Source: Nemertoderma westbladi (Eukaryota > Animalia > Xenacoelomorpha). From it: a DNA stretch of 64,000 nt. The position numbers were made by a program, and so were the translations under genes. Shown here piece by piece: positions 60,113 to 64,000 of the stretch. The notes beneath the pieces were generated by a model, which made no database searches, was not told where the DNA came from, and saw nothing but the letters and a program-made list of their open reading frames with translations. Position 1 is the first letter of the stretch. The number at the start of each line of letters is the position of its first letter. The stretch covers positions 21,582 to 85,581 of the forward strand of contig JAUCBJ010005359.1 of the NCBI GenBank assembly GCA_032718475.1. Reading direction: 5' to 3'.

Positions 60113-61556
60113 ACCTTTTGTACGCCTTCTTGACTCCCTTTTGTACGCCTTTTGGCTCCCTTTTGTACGCTTTCTTGACTCCATTTTGTACGCCTTCTTG
60201 ACTACCTTTTGTACGCCTTCTTGACTCCATTTTGTACGCCTTCTTGACTCCCTTTTGTACGTCTTTTGGCTCCCTTTTGTACGTCTTGTTGACTCCCTTT
60301 TGTACGCCTTCTTGACTCCCTAGTGCGCGCCTTTTGGCTCCCTTTTGTACGCCTTCTTGACTCCCTTTTGTACGCCTTCTTGACTCCCTTTTGTACGCCT
60401 TCTTGACTCCCTTTTGTACGCCTTCTTGACTCCCTTTTGTACGCCTTCTTGACTCCCTTTTGTACGCCTTCTTGACTCCCTTTTGTACGCCTTCTTGACT
60501 CCCTTTTGTACGCCTTCTTGACTCCCTTTTGTACGCCTTCTTGACTCCCTTTTTTACGCCTTCTTGACTCCCTTTTGTACGCCTTCTTGACTCCCTTTTG
60601 TACGCCTTCTTGACTCCCTAGTGCGCGCCTTTTGGCTCCCTTTTGTACGCCTTCTTGACTCCCTTTTGTACGCCTTCTTGACTCCCTTTTGTACGCCTTC
60701 TTGACTCCCTTTTGTACGCCTTCTTGACTCCCTTTTGTACGCCTTCTTGACTCCCTTTTGTACGCCTTCTTGACTCCCTTTTGTACGCCTTCTTGACTCC
60801 CTTTTGTACGCCTTCTTGACTCCCTTTTGTACGCCTTCTTGACTCCCTTTTGTACGCCTTCTTGACTCCCTTTTGTACGCCTTCTTGACTCCCTTTTGTA
60901 CGCCTTCTTGACTCCCTATTGTACGCCTTCTTGACTCCCGTTTGTACGCCTTCTTGACTCCCTTTTATACGCCTTCTTGACTCCCTTTTGTACGCCTTCT
61001 TGACTCCCTTTTGTACGCCTTCTTGACTCCCTTTTGTACGCCTTCTTGACTCCCTTTTGTACGCCTTCTTGACTCCCTTTTGTACGCCTTCTTGACTCCC
61101 TTTTGTACGCCTTCTTGACTCCCTTTTGTACGCCGTCTTGACTCCCTTTTGTGCGCCTTTTGGCTCCCTTTTGTACGCCTTCTTGACTCCATTTTGTACG
61201 CCTTCTTGACTCCCTATTTTACGCCTTTTGGCTCCCTTTTGTACGCCTTCTTGACTCCCTTTTGTACGCCTTCTTGACTCCCTTTTGTGCGCCTTTTGGC
61301 TCCCTTTTGTACGCCTTCTTGACTCCCTTTTGTACGCCTTGTTGACTCCCTTTTGTACGCCTTGTTGACTCCCTTTTGTACGCCTTCTTGACTCCCTTTT
61401 ATACGCCTTTTGGCTCCCCTTTGTACGCCTTCTTGACTCCCTTTTGTACGCCTTTTGGCTCCCTTTTGTACGCCTTCTTGACTCCCCTTTGTACGCCTTC
61501 TCGACTCCCTTTTGTACGCCTTCTTGACACCCTTTTGTACGCCTTTTGGCTCCCAT
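60113..61556. repeat. 23-bp minisatellite (about 60-65 units)
   Basis: Unit cttttgtacgccttcttgactcc, with a shorter ccttttggctcc variant. Confidence 0.95.
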
Positions 61557-62016
61557 TTCATCTACATTTTTCGTATCTGATTTCGTCTAAACGGGCTTAT
61601 AATTCTGTTAATATTTTTTTATACACGCGAACATTATTGCCGTACATTTGAATTATAGCTTTCTAATCGAGTACTCCGCTGTTTGTCCTTACCTACAAAA
61701 GATGGACTGTGTGGGGCTAGTGCCATCATACCGGATAATAATAGTAATTGTAGGCCTATACAATTCATAGTGTACCTGCGTACAGCTACAACAGTAGAAA
61801 ACGTATACAATATAAATACCCGTATTATATACGTTTTTCCTTCGTATATTGGGTTACTCTTATTCCACATGTATAAATGACTGAAATTAAACACATTTCC
61901 TTCATCATCCAATGATTTGATTTTATTCTTAAAATATAATATTGAATAATAAAATATATTTAATTTAAATACCCGTGAAAGGCCCATTGTCTCACATGCC
62001 AACCCATTACTATATA

Positions 62017-62775
62017 CACCATGAACCGTAATATAGTGTCATTTTCTGATGACACGGACCCCCCCCCCCCCAGATTTTTCTACAAATCTTTATCATATTG
62101 CTTGAAATTTGAAACACAACTAGTTCAACTCACCGTGGTTGACCCCATGAAGCCGGAATTTTCGATTTTGCCTTTAAATTTTTTTTATAAGCGTTTTAAA
62201 AAAGTGTCTTTTGCGAAATCGCACCCTCCGTATCGTGGCCATTCTTCACATTAGTCGTAATTTTTCATATCATGAAAGCTTGCGTTGCAAGGATTCTAAA
62301 TATGTAACAATATCTGAATTTCGTTGAGAAACAGCTGAGATATAGGCGTTCAAAGATTGCAAGAAGTATCGTTCGCTGAAGGCCATTTATTCTATTTAAT
62401 AAATACACGATGTTCTGGAACATTTTGTTTATGTATGATTAGCTAGGCAATATAGATATTGGATAGGCATACCGCTGTTGCCAACCAACTCATAAAATAA
62501 ATAACACGTTCTAGAATTTTGTGTATTTATTAAATAGAATAAATGGCCTGCAGCGAACGATAATTCTTGCAATCTTTGAACGCCTATATCTCAGCTGTTT
62601 CTCAACGAAATTCAGACATTTTTACATATTTAGAATCCTTACAACGCAAACTTGCTATTGATATGAAAACAATTACGACTAATGCGAAGAATGGCCACGA
62701 TCGGAGGGTGTGATGGGGGGGGGGGGGAGGGTGTCCATGTCATCCGAAAATGACACTATATTACGGGACATGGTG
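62017..62775. mobile_element. Tc1/mariner-type MITE, copy 2 (longer, internally palindromic)
   Basis: Same TIR as 9968-10395, TA TSD. Confidence 0.85.
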
Positions 62776-63549
62776 TAATATTGAATAATAAAATATTTTT
62801 AAATTAATAAATACCCGTAAAAGGTTATGTAGACCTAAACTCCGCAGCAAGCCAACGTCCTAAAAATACAAAGTTTAATTGAAAATGAAGATGTTTTATA
62901 TTGCGTGATTTATTTACGTAGTTCATTTTAAAAAAGTTGCCGACAACATCTTCAGGAAAAATATAAATGCAAACAAGTGCCGTAAAAAATATTAATTGGA
63001 ATATACAAACATTGGGTTAATATAATATAATTTCTATTATTATTATTATTATTATTATAGCCTACTGTATGATAATCAGATTCAGCTAACATTATCGGTG
63101 CAGAATCACTACCGGTAGCCGTTACTATAACAAACTACCTCTTGTTACACTTAACGATGAGGGATAAACACAAACACATGGCATTGGAACAACACATTGC
63201 GGCAAAACTCAGCAAGAGTAATGCGTAACAGCTGTGTAACTCTAATGTGTAAACGGGCAGTATACTAATTGGAATTATAAGACAGAAAGAAGAAACTGAC
63301 AGTTGATGTTGATAGCTTTGGTCAACTCTACGAGTGGTTTACTCTTTGGTTTTAATTTTAATTTTAAACAGAATCACATCAGATATACAAGGAACCGGAT
63401 AGGTGGAATTTGTGACAACACCCAGCCACCCACTAGTAGGTCGCAGTCCTAAAAGTACAGAAGCCCTGAGTGGCCAAGCTGTATACATTCATGGACAAGT
63501 GGTGCGCGCGCGAATTTAGAATTGTGTGTTCATTGGACGGCATTGGTGT

Positions 63550-63880
63550 ATGTGTCCACGACATGAGTATATCTGTGCTTCACATGAGTATATGTATGCA
63601 CTACATGAGCATGTGTGTGCGCGACATGAGTATATGTGCACAAATGAGTATATGTGTGCATGACATGTGTATGTGTGCACGACATGAGTATAGGTGTGTG
63701 CGACATGTGTACGTGTGCACACATGAGTATATGTGTGCATGACATGAATATGTGTGCACGAAGACATCATTATAGGCTATGTGTGAGCGACATTACTATA
63801 TCTGTGCACGACATGAGTATATGTATGTACGACATCATTATATGTGTGAGTGACATAACTATATGTATGCACGACATGAG
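63550..63880. repeat. Degenerate ~21-bp tandem repeat
   Basis: Unit gtgtgcacgacatgagtatat. Confidence 0.8.
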
Positions 63881-64000
63881 ATGTAGATTTGATGGAGGGA
63901 AATTCAAACAAAGCATAATCAAATACAGTTGCTGTGTGCGATAAATGCACCATTAGATGGAAACCACATGGAGTCTCAACGAAGTTTGGACTTCACCATC

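Noticed and set aside
60618-61561. K/R-rich 312-aa protamine-like ORF
   Set aside because: Translation of a 23-bp non-triplet tandem repeat

Overview
AT-rich, repeat-dense animal (invertebrate-like) genomic DNA, not prokaryotic. Host genes: a tandem-GNAT spermidine/spermine acetyltransferase-like gene broken by a 5-bp duplication, intronless hexokinase, small HMG-box, TMEM185, TRPM and TLCD3/FAM57 ORFs, and the first five coding exons of a minus-strand DOCK6/7/8 gene. DOCK intron 3 holds an intact 14-kb BEL/Pao LTR retrotransposon (21983-36022, ATGTC TSD). The element carries an extra 866-aa DEDDy-exonuclease-like/zinc-knuckle ORF, an AUGA-coupled upstream ORF, arrays of covarying hairpin repeats in its LTRs, a 24-nt motif recurring in LTRs, gag and ORF3, and no canonical PBS. 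DOCK intron 2 is almost entirely a 4.7-kb array of a 34-nt unit that copies the exon-2 splice donor (CAG|GTGAGT). The rest is MITEs, LINE fragments and minisatellites. All calls come from reading by eye; no searches were run.
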